This document shows, piece after piece, positions 9,120 through 20,236 of a stretch of DNA of 64,000 nucleotides. This stretch comes from Candidatus Dormiibacterota bacterium (GTDB lineage: Bacteria > Chloroflexota > Dormibacteria > Aeolococcales > Aeolococcaceae). A model generated the notes under the pieces. The model was not told the origin of the DNA. It made no database searches and saw only the letters and a list, made by a program, of their open reading frames with translations. The translations under genes were made by a program, and so were the position numbers. Numbering within the stretch: position 1 is the first letter of the stretch; each line of letters begins with the position of its first letter. The stretch lies in assembly GCA_963718525.1 (NCBI GenBank), contig OY970355.1, forward strand, positions 224,001 through 288,000, given 5' to 3'.

Positions 9120-10091
9120 TCACCGCACGTGCTGGGCGCCGCTCCACTGGTCGATGTCGGTGATGAAGTCGATCAGTCCCCGGAAGTAGGTCACCTGGTC
9201 GTCATACATGGCCATGTGACTACCTTTTCGGCAGAGCAGGAACCGACCGTGGGGAATGCGGCCCGCCACCATCTCCATGTGGGCAGGATCCATGGTGTCG
9301 TGGGTCGCGCCGATCACGAGGGTGGGTGCGTTGATGCTCTCCAGGTCGCTGGTCCTGTCCCAGTCCGCGAGGATCCCGCTGGCACCGAGCTCGCTCGGTC
9401 CCTGCATCGGCACGTAAATCGAGCGGTTGATGTGAGCGAATGAGCGGTTGACGGGTTCGGGCCATTCCTCTGCCGGGAGGCGCAGCACATGGTCCATGTA
9501 GTGCGGGTTGAGCAGCTCCATGTACCGAGGCGTTTCCGTGTCTCCCGATGCCTCGAGCCGCTTGATCTCCGCAACCACGTCCTGGTCCATCGCCGGCATG
9601 AGCACGGAGCGCGCGTACTCGTTGTACGCGGGAATGCTCATCATCATGTTGGAGATCACCAGTCCCTTGAGGTGCTGCTGATGGCGCAGCGCGTACTCGG
9701 TGGCGAGAATGCCGCCCCAGGAGTGGCCGAGCAGAAAGAAGTTGCGGGCATCCAGGCCGAGCGCGATGCGTACCTGCTCGACCTCGTCGACGAACCGGTC
9801 CACCTGCCAGAGCTCGGGTTCGTCAGGCTGGTCGCTGTATGTCGAACCGAGCTGGTCGTAGTAGTAGTACTCGATGTTCGCCGCCGGAAGGTAGCTGTCG
9901 CAGGCTTCGAAGTACTCGTGGGTCGCCCCCGGTCCTCCGTGCAGGAGCAGGAGCTTGGCGGTGGGATTGTTGCCGAAGCGCTTGGTCCAGACGCGGAACC
10001 GCCCCTTGGGGGTCGTGATCGGAATCATCCTCGCGCCGCCCCCGAGGATATCGTCCCGACCAGTGTTGTCCAGGTACTCCTCGGCGTTCAT
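9120..10091 (-). CDS. Proline iminopeptidase family alpha/beta hydrolase
   Basis: LLHGGPG, YDQLG, GHSWGG nucleophile motif, GPSE, GSH. Confidence 0.92.
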   Translation of the reverse strand: MNAEEYLDNTGRDDILGGGARMIPITTPKGRFRVWTKRFGNNPTAKLLLLHGGPGATHEYFEACDSYLPAANIEYYYYDQLGSTYSDQPDEPELWQVDRFVDEVEQVRIALGLDARNFFLLGHSWGGILATEYALRHQQHLKGLVISNMMMSIPAYNEYARSVLMPAMDQDVVAEIKRLEASGDTETPRYMELLNPHYMDHVLRLPAEEWPEPVNRSFAHINRSIYVPMQGPSELGASGILADWDRTSDLESINAPTLVIGATHDTMDPAHMEMVAGRIPHGRFLLCRKGSHMAMYDDQVTYFRGLIDFITDIDQWSGAQHVR

Positions 10092-10182
10092 CGACTCTCC
10101 TGTTGGGGGTCTGCGTTGTCAGTCGTTCGGAGGCGACAGCGTATCCAACAGGACCGACTGCCTACCGGGCGAGACCGACGGC

Positions 10183-10881
10183 CTACCGGGTCGGAGGGCC
10201 ACCTCTGCCGCGGAACTCGGCCACTGCTCTGGCGATGCTCTCCTGCAGGTAGCGATAGAAGAGCTGGCGCTGCGCGACGTCGATGGCGACGTCAACATCG
10301 TCACCCATCCGGCGGCGGGCGATCCAGGGCGGGATGCCATCGGCGACCATCTCGCTGCCGACGTTGATGCGCACCAGCGAGTCGTTCTCCTCAGACACGT
10401 TGACGCTCACCTTGAGCACCAGGCCGGTGTGCTCCACGAGCCGCCAGCTTCGTTCCCAGCGAAGGTGGCGGCTCTGGTCGCGGGACAGGCGGACGGCATC
10501 GTCCGCGACAACCGATTCGCCCTCGCGAGCCGCTGCTTGCAGCTGCGTCCGGATGTGCTGGTCCAGCTCGCGCGAGATCCAGTTCACCAGCGATGGCGTG
10601 CGGTCGTTCAGGTCGGGGCGACCGTTGGGATCGCTTGCGAGGGGTCCGATCGCGCGGACCGTGCTCGCATGGCGGCGGCAGTACGGGACTCCCTCGATCA
10701 GGTCGCCATGCTGTGCGCAGAAGGCGACCTGGCACATGTGGCCCCTTCGATCGCGGTACTCGCAGGTGAGCGCGTTGTCGTTCAGGCACCCGGGCACGCT
10801 GCATTGGACGCCGGTGGGCGGGGGCTCGGGCGGCGGCGGCTCCGAGGGTTCCGGGCGCCGGCGCCGGAAAAAACTGGTCAT
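10183..10881 (-). CDS. Hypothetical protein with N-terminal Cys/His Zn-finger
   Basis: CSVPGC-x6-C...CQVAFCAQH...YCRRH; GC-rich codon pattern. Confidence 0.75.
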   Translation of the reverse strand: MTSFFRRRRPEPSEPPPPEPPPTGVQCSVPGCLNDNALTCEYRDRRGHMCQVAFCAQHGDLIEGVPYCRRHASTVRAIGPLASDPNGRPDLNDRTPSLVNWISRELDQHIRTQLQAAAREGESVVADDAVRLSRDQSRHLRWERSWRLVEHTGLVLKVSVNVSEENDSLVRINVGSEMVADGIPPWIARRRMGDDVDVAIDVAQRQLFYRYLQESIARAVAEFRGRGGPPTR

Positions 10882-10931
10882 CGACGGAACTCCACGGAGC
10901 CCCCATCCTAACCCGCAACACCGCGCAGAAA

Positions 10932-11618
10932 CTACCCGAGGTCCTCGAGCCCGCCTGTCTCGGCGAAGATCAATTCCTCGGCGATATTCGTCACCCGATC
11001 ACCGATCCGCTCGAGGTAGTGAGCGACGAAGACAAGTCCGGTCGCCCGCGGCGCAAGACTCCCGTCGGCTGTCATCTGGTCGACGTACAGGGAGAATATC
11101 TGTCGATACTTCATGTCGACCATGCTGTCGCGGCGCGCGATGTCGCGCGCAGCGAGGGTATCGTGCGCCTCAAAAGCCGCGAGAATGTCGCGCACCTGTG
11201 TTTCGGCCTGCTCCGCGAGCGCTCCCAGCGGTTCCGATGACGGTACGTCCGGCAGCTCGGTCATCGACCTGCCGATCCTGGCGATGGACACGCAATGGTC
11301 TGCCATCCGCTCCAACTCCGAAGCCATGTGATCGAAGCCATGAATGTCGCGCAGGTCGCGCGCCACAGGAGCCTGGGTAAGGATCACGTGAAAGCAGGCA
11401 TCGCGGATCTTTCGGTGTTGCTCGTTGATAGCGGCGTCGCCCTCGATGACCGCTGTGCAGATATCAGGGTTGCGTTCACGCAGACCCCAGACGGCCCGTT
11501 CGATGGCGACCTCAACTTGCTTGGTGAGCTCGACGATCGCTGTGCGGATTGCGTCAAGCTCCGCCTGAAGGACGGGCCGATGGGTGGCCGGCGTGCTCGC
11601 TGGAGTTGTCTGGCTCAT
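10932..11618 (-). CDS. phoU: Phosphate signalling complex protein PhoU
   Basis: QAPVARDLR, ELERMADH, YLERIGDRVTNIAE; last gene of the pst operon. Confidence 0.95.
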   Translation of the reverse strand: MSQTTPASTPATHRPVLQAELDAIRTAIVELTKQVEVAIERAVWGLRERNPDICTAVIEGDAAINEQHRKIRDACFHVILTQAPVARDLRDIHGFDHMASELERMADHCVSIARIGRSMTELPDVPSSEPLGALAEQAETQVRDILAAFEAHDTLAARDIARRDSMVDMKYRQIFSLYVDQMTADGSLAPRATGLVFVAHYLERIGDRVTNIAEELIFAETGGLEDLG

Positions 11619-12472
11619 CCGAACCTCCCCGTGATGTAGTCCTCAGTGCGCTTGTCCACGGGGTCGCTGAACATCTCATCGGTTTTCCCGAGCTCAACCA
11701 GTTCTCCCGCGCGTCCCTCGCCCATGAGCATGAATGCTGTGTAGTCGCTGACCCGCGCCGCCTGTTGCAAATTGTGGGTCACGATGATGATCGTCACCGT
11801 CCCGCGCAGCTCCCGCATCAACTCTTCGATCCGGAGCGTCGAGATAGGATCAAGTGCGGCGCATGGCTCATCCATGAGGATCACATCGCTCCCCGCAGCC
11901 AAGGTTCGGGCCAGACACAGGCGCTGCTGTTGTCCGCCCGAGAGCCCGGTGGCTGCCGATCTGAGACGGTCCTTCACCTCCTCCCACAGCCCCGTTTGTC
12001 GGAGACCGCGCTCGACGGCATCATCGAGCGTCGTCTTGGATTGGCGACCGTCGAGACGGAGGCTGTAGATGACGTTGTCGTAGATGCTCATTGGGAACGG
12101 CGCGGGACGCTGGAACAGCATGCCAACGCGCCGACGCAAACTCGCGACATCGACGTCCGACGCATAGATGTTCTGATCGCCGACCAGGACCTCACCCTCG
12201 AGGGTGAACGAAGGGATCAGGTCGTTGATCCGGTTAAGGCTTCGCAGCAGGGTCGACTTCCCGCAGCCGGACGGCCCGATGATCGCGGTGATCTCACCGT
12301 GCGGTGCCGAGATGGAGACGTTGCGAAGCGCAAGGAATGACCCGTAGTGCGCATTGACGTTTCGGGTACTCACGGCAGGGTCATCCACCTGCACGATGCT
12401 TGGTCGCGCGGGACGTCCCTTCCCGCGCTCGGATTCGTCCAACCGCCCCAGGATGCTCAACTCACTCGCCAT
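11615..12472 (-). CDS. pstB: Phosphate ABC transporter ATPase PstB (copy 2)
   Basis: GPSGCGKST, LSGGQQQRLCLAR, DEPCAALDP, TEDYITGRFG. Confidence 0.95.
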   Translation of the reverse strand: MASELSILGRLDESERGKGRPARPSIVQVDDPAVSTRNVNAHYGSFLALRNVSISAPHGEITAIIGPSGCGKSTLLRSLNRINDLIPSFTLEGEVLVGDQNIYASDVDVASLRRRVGMLFQRPAPFPMSIYDNVIYSLRLDGRQSKTTLDDAVERGLRQTGLWEEVKDRLRSAATGLSGGQQQRLCLARTLAAGSDVILMDEPCAALDPISTLRIEELMRELRGTVTIIIVTHNLQQAARVSDYTAFMLMGEGRAGELVELGKTDEMFSDPVDKRTEDYITGRFG

Positions 12473-12473
12473 C

Positions 12474-13322
12474 TCAACCCACCCTACCACTCACATATGC
12501 ATCGGTCGCGGCCTCAACTGGGGATCCAAATATCTGATCGGTTGCGCCGAATTCAACCATCCGACCTGGCTCGCCGGCGTGTTCAATCGTCATGAAGCCT
12601 GTGAATTGCGATACCCGCGTTGCTTGCTGCATGTTATGCGTCACGATGATCACGGTGTACTGATCGGCGATCTCGCGAATGAGTTCTTCGATCTTGAAGG
12701 TCGCGATAGGGTCCAGCGCGGAGCACGGCTCATCCATGAGCAGGAGCGCTGGATCGACCGCGACAGCGCGCGCGATGCAGAGCCGCTGTTGCTGCCCTCC
12801 CGACAGGCTAACGGCCGGCTTGCCAAGCCGGTCCTTGACCTCGTCCCACAGTTGTGCTCGGCGCAGCGCGCTCTCTGCGATGTCATCCAGTTTTCGATCC
12901 CCCGCGGACTTGGCAAGTCTGACGCCGATGATCGCGTTCTCAAAGATCGACTTGGTGGGAAATGGGTTCGGCCGCTGGAACACCATGCCGATCTCGCTGC
13001 GCACCGAGCCCGGGTCGATATCCGGATCGTAGACATTCTGTCCACCGAACATGACCCGGCCTTCAGCTCGGGCACCGGGCACGATCTCGTGCATGCGATT
13101 CACGCACCGCAGGAGCGTGCTCTTGCCGCAACCGGAGGGACCGATCAGGGCGGTCACCCGATGGGCCGGAGCCCTCAAGTTGACGTCGGCCACCACGTGG
13201 TGCTTGCCGAACCATGCGTTGAGGTCGGAGATCGACAAGCCTTCTTCATACGTCTCTGCGGTGGTCATCGTCTCGTCCACCTTCGCCATCGTAGGGGCAG
13301 GTTCTGTGGACACGTCAGTCAT
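12474..13322 (-). CDS. pstB: Phosphate ABC transporter ATPase PstB (copy 1)
   Basis: GPSGCGKST, FQRPNPFP, LSGGQQQRLCIAR, YVSGRVG. Confidence 0.95.
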   Translation of the reverse strand: MTDVSTEPAPTMAKVDETMTTAETYEEGLSISDLNAWFGKHHVVADVNLRAPAHRVTALIGPSGCGKSTLLRCVNRMHEIVPGARAEGRVMFGGQNVYDPDIDPGSVRSEIGMVFQRPNPFPTKSIFENAIIGVRLAKSAGDRKLDDIAESALRRAQLWDEVKDRLGKPAVSLSGGQQQRLCIARAVAVDPALLLMDEPCSALDPIATFKIEELIREIADQYTVIIVTHNMQQATRVSQFTGFMTIEHAGEPGRMVEFGATDQIFGSPVEAATDAYVSGRVG

Positions 13323-14202
13323 TCGACGTGCGTACTCGGCGGCCGAAGAGGCGAGCGACGAAGGTGAAAATGAGCACGATGGCTATGAGCGTGAGCGCGC
13401 CCGCCCACGCCCGTCCTTGACCTTCCTGAAACCCCGTGACCGCGTTGTCGAAGATCTGCAGGGAGAGGGTCGACATGCGCTTGGCCGGGTTGTACTCGGT
13501 GAACAGGTCATTGCCCAGCGCAGTCAGGAGCAGAGGGGCGGTCTCCCCCATCGCACGGGCGACGGCCAACATGGCTCCGGTGATGATGCCCGGTAGTGCG
13601 GTGGGAATACAAACACGCATCACCGTCTGACTCCGAGTGGCTCCGAGCGCCAGACTGCCTTCCCGAAGCTCATTCGGCACCAGCCGTAGCATCTCCTCCG
13701 TCGTCCGCGTCACCAGCGGTAGCATGACGATGGCGAGCGCCAGTGATCCGGCGAAACCGGAAAAGCCGAACCTGGTGACCCAGATCGCATAGATGAATGC
13801 GCCGGTGACAATGGTCGGAACGCCGATCAGCACGTCGTTGAAGAAGCGGATCGTGTCGGCGATTCGCCCTCGCCCGTACTCGACCAGGTAGATCGCCGCG
13901 CCGATTCCCAGTGGGATCCCGATCAACGCTGCGATACCGACAATGATGAGGCTGCCGACGATGCCGTTATAGAACCCACCACCGGCAACGGCTGGGTTGC
14001 CAGGCGGGGTTTGCGTGAGGAAACCAAGGTTCAAGGCACCCAGGCCCTGGATGGCCACGTAGATGAGCACCCAGGCGAGCACGCCGACCGCCACCACCAG
14101 CGCCGCGATGAGCAGGCCGACCAGCGCCGCACTCTTCGCGCGTCGACGGCGCAGCGCTGGACGATTGCGGAAGCCAGGCGTACCGACCGCGAGCTGGGTC
14201 AC
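13315..14202 (-). CDS. pstA: Phosphate ABC transporter permease PstA
   Basis: GTG start overlapping the pstC stop; GVPTIVTG, LREGSLALGA, ARAMGETAPLL. Confidence 0.95.
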   Translation of the reverse strand: MTQLAVGTPGFRNRPALRRRRAKSAALVGLLIAALVVAVGVLAWVLIYVAIQGLGALNLGFLTQTPPGNPAVAGGGFYNGIVGSLIIVGIAALIGIPLGIGAAIYLVEYGRGRIADTIRFFNDVLIGVPTIVTGAFIYAIWVTRFGFSGFAGSLALAIVMLPLVTRTTEEMLRLVPNELREGSLALGATRSQTVMRVCIPTALPGIITGAMLAVARAMGETAPLLLTALGNDLFTEYNPAKRMSTLSLQIFDNAVTGFQEGQGRAWAGALTLIAIVLIFTFVARLFGRRVRTSND

Positions 14203-15218
14203 AGCGCCACCCCACGGCGCGCAATCAGGCGCGCAAGGATGTTCACCACCAACGCGACGATCAAGAGCCAGAATCCGACGACGAACAGTGCCGACAGATG
14301 AAAGGGCTCGGTCGCCTCGGTGAACTCGTTGGCGATGACGCTGGACATCGTCGCCCCTTGCGAGAAGATGCTCCCGTTGATGTGCAGCACGGCATTGCCG
14401 ATCACCATGGTCACCGCGATGGTCTCGCCCAGAGCGCGACCGAGACCGAGCAGCGACGCCCCGACGATCCCCGAACGTGCCCGCGGAAGCACCGCAATAC
14501 GGATCATCTCCCATCGCGTGGCTCCCAGAGCCAGCGCGGCCTCCTTCTCGTTCCGCGGCGTGCTCCGGAAGACCTCTCGGCAGACCGCCGCAATGATGGG
14601 CAAGACCATGATCGCGAGCACCAGCCCCGCGCTGAAATACGACACACCGAAAAATGGACCCTGGAACGCAACACCGATCACCGGGACCGTTCCGAGCGTC
14701 GCGGTCAGGAAATTCACCACCGGCTTGATCGCCGGTATTAGCGCGAAGATCCCCCAAAAGCCATAGACGACGCTGGGTACTGCTGCCAGCAGATCCACGA
14801 GCCCAGAGAGCGGACCCTTGATGCGCTGCGGTGCCACCTCCGTGATGACGAGCGCCGCCCCGACAGCGAGAGGGATCGCGATGATCATTCCGATGATCGA
14901 GGTGAGCATCGTGCCGTAGATGAACTGCAAGATCCCGTACGGATTGGGATGAGATACGTTGGGGAAAGCGGTGGACGGGGTCCATCGCGACGCCGTGATG
15001 AACGAGAAGAAGCCATAGTGCTGCATGGCTGGAAGGCCCTCCAGCACCAGGAAGACGACCATCCCGACGATGACGACAAGCACGATCCCGCCCATGACCG
15101 AAACGCTGGTTCCGAAGATCCGGTCAGCGATGCGGGGCCGACCGCGCTTCAAGAGAATCGGCGCCACCCGACTGGTAGAGGCGGCGATGCCGCCGCCCAC
15201 ACCAGCTGGCGGCGGCAT
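14199..15218 (-). CDS. pstC: Phosphate ABC transporter permease PstC
   Basis: LLAAVPSVVYGFWG, EAALALGATRWE, LGRALGETIAV. Confidence 0.95.
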   Translation of the reverse strand: MPPPAGVGGGIAASTSRVAPILLKRGRPRIADRIFGTSVSVMGGIVLVVIVGMVVFLVLEGLPAMQHYGFFSFITASRWTPSTAFPNVSHPNPYGILQFIYGTMLTSIIGMIIAIPLAVGAALVITEVAPQRIKGPLSGLVDLLAAVPSVVYGFWGIFALIPAIKPVVNFLTATLGTVPVIGVAFQGPFFGVSYFSAGLVLAIMVLPIIAAVCREVFRSTPRNEKEAALALGATRWEMIRIAVLPRARSGIVGASLLGLGRALGETIAVTMVIGNAVLHINGSIFSQGATMSSVIANEFTEATEPFHLSALFVVGFWLLIVALVVNILARLIARRGVAL

Positions 15219-15251
15219 CAGATACCCACCACGGTCAATATGGTTGCCGGC

Positions 15252-16478
15252 TCACGGCGAGACAGGGGTACCGTTGACCGTGATCTTCTTGAGTTGGGCA
15301 ATACACAGTGCCTGCAGCGTTGGTCCCAATGGTGTGTAGTTGACCGAACCCGTCAGGTCCTGACCCTTGGTCAACACCCAAGAGAAGAAGTTGACGAGGG
15401 CAGCCGCCGTCGCGGCCTTGGTCTGGTTCTGGTAGACAAGTGCCCATGTCAATCCGGTGATCGGGTATGCCTGCGGATTCGACGACTGGTTGACAATGTC
15501 AACCCGGAGATCGGATGGGTAACTGGTGATCCCCACCGTTGCATTGGCTGCGGTCTGCTCGCACGGCTCGATGAAGTTACCTGCCTTGTTCTTGACGTCG
15601 GCGTAGGTCTGGTGCTGCGCGATGGCGTAGTCGAGCTCGATATACCCAATGCCACCTGGGGTTTGGCTGATGACGGCAGATACACCCTCGTTGCCCTTGC
15701 CGCCGATCCCAACCGGCCACGCCACCGTCTTGCCAACGCTGGTGGTCGATCCGCCGAGGGCGGTCACCCAGGCAGGGCTCGTCTGAGTCAGGAAGTCGGT
15801 GAAGATGGCCGTCGTTCCCGACCCGTCCGAACGGTGGGCGACGGCGATGGGGGTACTCGGCAAGGTGATCCCCGGGTTCAGGGCCTTGATCGCCGGGTCA
15901 TTCCAGGCTGTGATGCCCCCGGAGAAGATCTTGCCGATCGTGTCGCCGTCGAGCTTGAGACCACTTGCAACGCCGGGGAGGTTGTACGCAACCACGACCG
16001 GCGCCTGCACCAGTGGGATCTGCACCACGGGACCCTTTGCCTTTGCGATGTCGGAATCCTTCATGAACGCATCCGAGTCGCCGAAGTCGACGGTATTCGC
16101 CTGAAGCTGAGCGATACCAGCGCCGGAGCCCACCGACTGGTATGCGACCTGCACCCCATTAGACGTTGCGTATGCCTTCGTCCAGACGGACATCATGGGC
16201 GCAACAAACGTCGAGCCCGCCCCACTCAGGGTAGTCGCCTGACCAGAGACGGTAGCGAGCCCGTTCGTATAGCCAGGGTTGGCGGTGGTACCAGTGCAGA
16301 CGGGAGTGGGTGTCGCGCTCGGAGCCGCCGTCCCAGGGGAGCTGGTGGATCCGCAGGCCGCAAGGACCGAGCCCCCCAGCAGCAGCGTCAACGCCCCCCG
16401 CACGCCCGCGCCTCGACGCCAGAATGGGCGCTTGCAACTCAGCGATGTTTCGATCTCAACGATCATCTCGGCCCTCAA
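15252..16478 (-). CDS. pstS: Phosphate-binding lipoprotein PstS (start uncertain)
   Basis: LAAC lipobox, GAGSTF, YQSVGSGAG, DFGDSD, HRSDGSGTT, AYPI. Confidence 0.95.
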   Translation of the reverse strand: MRAEMIVEIETSLSCKRPFWRRGAGVRGALTLLLGGSVLAACGSTSSPGTAAPSATPTPVCTGTTANPGYTNGLATVSGQATTLSGAGSTFVAPMMSVWTKAYATSNGVQVAYQSVGSGAGIAQLQANTVDFGDSDAFMKDSDIAKAKGPVVQIPLVQAPVVVAYNLPGVASGLKLDGDTIGKIFSGGITAWNDPAIKALNPGITLPSTPIAVAHRSDGSGTTAIFTDFLTQTSPAWVTALGGSTTSVGKTVAWPVGIGGKGNEGVSAVISQTPGGIGYIELDYAIAQHQTYADVKNKAGNFIEPCEQTAANATVGITSYPSDLRVDIVNQSSNPQAYPITGLTWALVYQNQTKAATAAALVNFFSWVLTKGQDLTGSVNYTPLGPTLQALCIAQLKKITVNGTPVSP

Positions 16479-16535
16479 ATACCCCGTTTCATCCGCCGTC
16501 CGGCGACTGCACGGCCCTATCCTGCCGATCGACTC

Positions 16536-16576
16536 GTTAACGGCGACACATCCAGCGGGTTAAGGAGCGCTTAACG
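16536..16576 (-). promoter_or_regulatory. Candidate PHO-box-like direct repeats upstream of pstS
   Basis: TTAA cores at 16537, 16560 and 16571 (23 and 11 bp apart) in GC-rich context. Confidence 0.45.
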
Positions 16577-16616
16577 GTTGTCGCCCGTCCGTGGTCCGGG
16601 TTGAGGCACGTGTTGG

Positions 16617-18306
<1,690 letters not shown>

Positions 18307-18310
<4 letters not shown>

Positions 18311-19425
18311 GCCCCCACCTCGACGGTCCTGCGGAATCGCGCGGGTGACCATGGCCGGGTGGCCGCCGGCCACGCGCTCCCGGCCAGCGCACTCGCGACG
18401 GCGTCCGCCGTGGCAGGGGCAAGGAGATACCCGTTCCGATAGTGACCCGTGGCGAGGATGAGGCCGGGCGTGGTGGCCTCACCAACCAGCGGCATATTGT
18501 CGGGAGACCCTGGGCGCAGGCCTGCAGACGCCTCCACAAGCTCCAGTTCGGCGACGTCCGGGAGGAGGGCTCGCGCCTCACGGAGCAGCTCATACACGGC
18601 GCCCGCGGTGACCGACGTGTCGAAGCCACGTTCCTCGACGGTACCGCCGATCACGACGCGGCCATCGCCTCTCGGCAGTATGTACACCGAGGCGCCGCGA
18701 ACAGTCCGCGCGATCATCTCGGGCGCACCGCGGAGCCGGAGGATCTGGCCCTTCACCGGGCGCACGGGCGGGACGTCCTCTTTTGGAATCCCAGACACCA
18801 CCCCGGACCAGCATCCCGCGGCGAGCACGACCCACGACGCATCGAGGCGTTCGCCTCCATCGAGATTCACCCCGGTCGCGCGACCGGCCTCGACGACCAG
18901 CGCGGCTCTGGAACGGTGGATCTGCACGCCGAGCCGGTTGCAGGCCTGCAGCAAGGTCGGGACCATGGCCCTGGGGTCGACCTGGTGGTCCGACTCCACA
19001 AGCATGCCGCCCCGAATCGAGGGCGCAAGCCCGGGCTCGAGATCACGAGTCTCGCGGGATGTCAGGCGCTCCACGGGGAGCCCGAGTTCCTGGCGGTGGC
19101 GGAGCTGGCGCTCCAGCGCGGACTGCTCGTCGGCATCGACCGCCACGTGAAGGGTCCCCGTCTGGCGATAGCCGGCAGTCCGGCCGGCGTCGAGCTCGAG
19201 CTCCGCGATGAAGGAGGGGTATCGAGCGGCGGAGTCCCGGTTGAGTGCGACGACGGCCTCCTCACCGTATTCGGCTTCGCCCACCGGAGCGAGCATTCCC
19301 GCAGCGAAATGAGATGCGCCCGACCCCGGCTCCGGATCCACGACCGCCACGCTCATGCCGGCTCGAGCAGCGCGCCAGGCCACCGATAGACCGATGACAC
19401 CTCCGCCGATGACCACTGCGTCCAC
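18307..19425 (-). CDS. thiO: Glycine oxidase ThiO
   Basis: GGAGGA RBS; IGGGVIG FAD motif, AAGMLAP, PVKGQ, ATGHYRNG. Confidence 0.93.
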
Positions 19426-19451
19426 GCGTCTCCTCCGATGCTGGTCCGAGT

Positions 19452-20177
19452 TTACGGGGCGCGGTCGATTGCGCCGATCCGGTCCAGGCGGTACCCGACG
19501 CCGAAGACGGTGGTGATGCGGAAGGGGATCTGGGCGAATGGCTCGAACTTCTCGCGGAGCCATCTGACATGCACGTCGACGGTCTTGGGATCCCCATAGA
19601 AGCGGTTGCCCCACACCGCCGCGATGATCGCCTGACGCGACAGCACCCGACCGTGGTTGCGCAGCAGCAACGAGAGGAGGTCGAATTCCTTCGGTGCGAG
19701 CCGGAGCTCGACGCTCTCGACGTGGATCGTGCGGGCCGCGCGGTCGATTTTGAAGCCCTCGAACTCCTCGATCTCGGGTGCGCCGGTCGGCCGTGCGCTC
19801 ATCTCCGAACGGCGAAGCAGGGCGGTGACCCGTGCAAGCAGCTCGTTGAAGGAAAAGGGTTTGGTCACGTAGTCATCGGCGCCGAGCTGCAGGCCCACGA
19901 CCTTGTCGACCTCGGATCCCTTGGCGGTGAGCATGAGGATCGGCGTCGACGATTCCTGGCGCAGCACCCGGCACACCTCCAGGCCGCTCAGGCCCGGAAG
20001 CATCACGTCGAGGAGGATCAGGTCCGGCCGCTCTGCTCGCGCGAGGCTCAGCGCGTCAGGTCCGGTCGCAGCCTCGAGGACCTGGTAGCCCTCGCGGGCG
20101 AGGTTGTAGCGCAGCGTCTCGCGTATGGCATCCTCGTCCTCGACCACGAGGATGCGTTTGGCGACGGTGGGCGCCAT
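19452..20177 (-). CDS. OmpR/PhoB-family response regulator (PhoP/RegX3-like)
   Basis: VVEDE, LLDVMLPG, LTAK, GADDYVTKPF, TVDVHVRWLREK winged helix. Confidence 0.93.
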   Translation of the reverse strand: MAPTVAKRILVVEDEDAIRETLRYNLAREGYQVLEAATGPDALSLARAERPDLILLDVMLPGLSGLEVCRVLRQESSTPILMLTAKGSEVDKVVGLQLGADDYVTKPFSFNELLARVTALLRRSEMSARPTGAPEIEEFEGFKIDRAARTIHVESVELRLAPKEFDLLSLLLRNHGRVLSRQAIIAAVWGNRFYGDPKTVDVHVRWLREKFEPFAQIPFRITTVFGVGYRLDRIGAIDRAP

Positions 20178-20236
20178 CGAACGAGCTTAGCTGTTCGCTT
20201 CGATGCGCGCCTTGGCACGAGCCTATACTCGCCAGG

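Noticed and set aside
11615-13322. Two tandem pstB genes as a novelty
   Set aside because: Duplicated pstB (pstBA/pstBB type) is well known in several Gram-positive pst operons.
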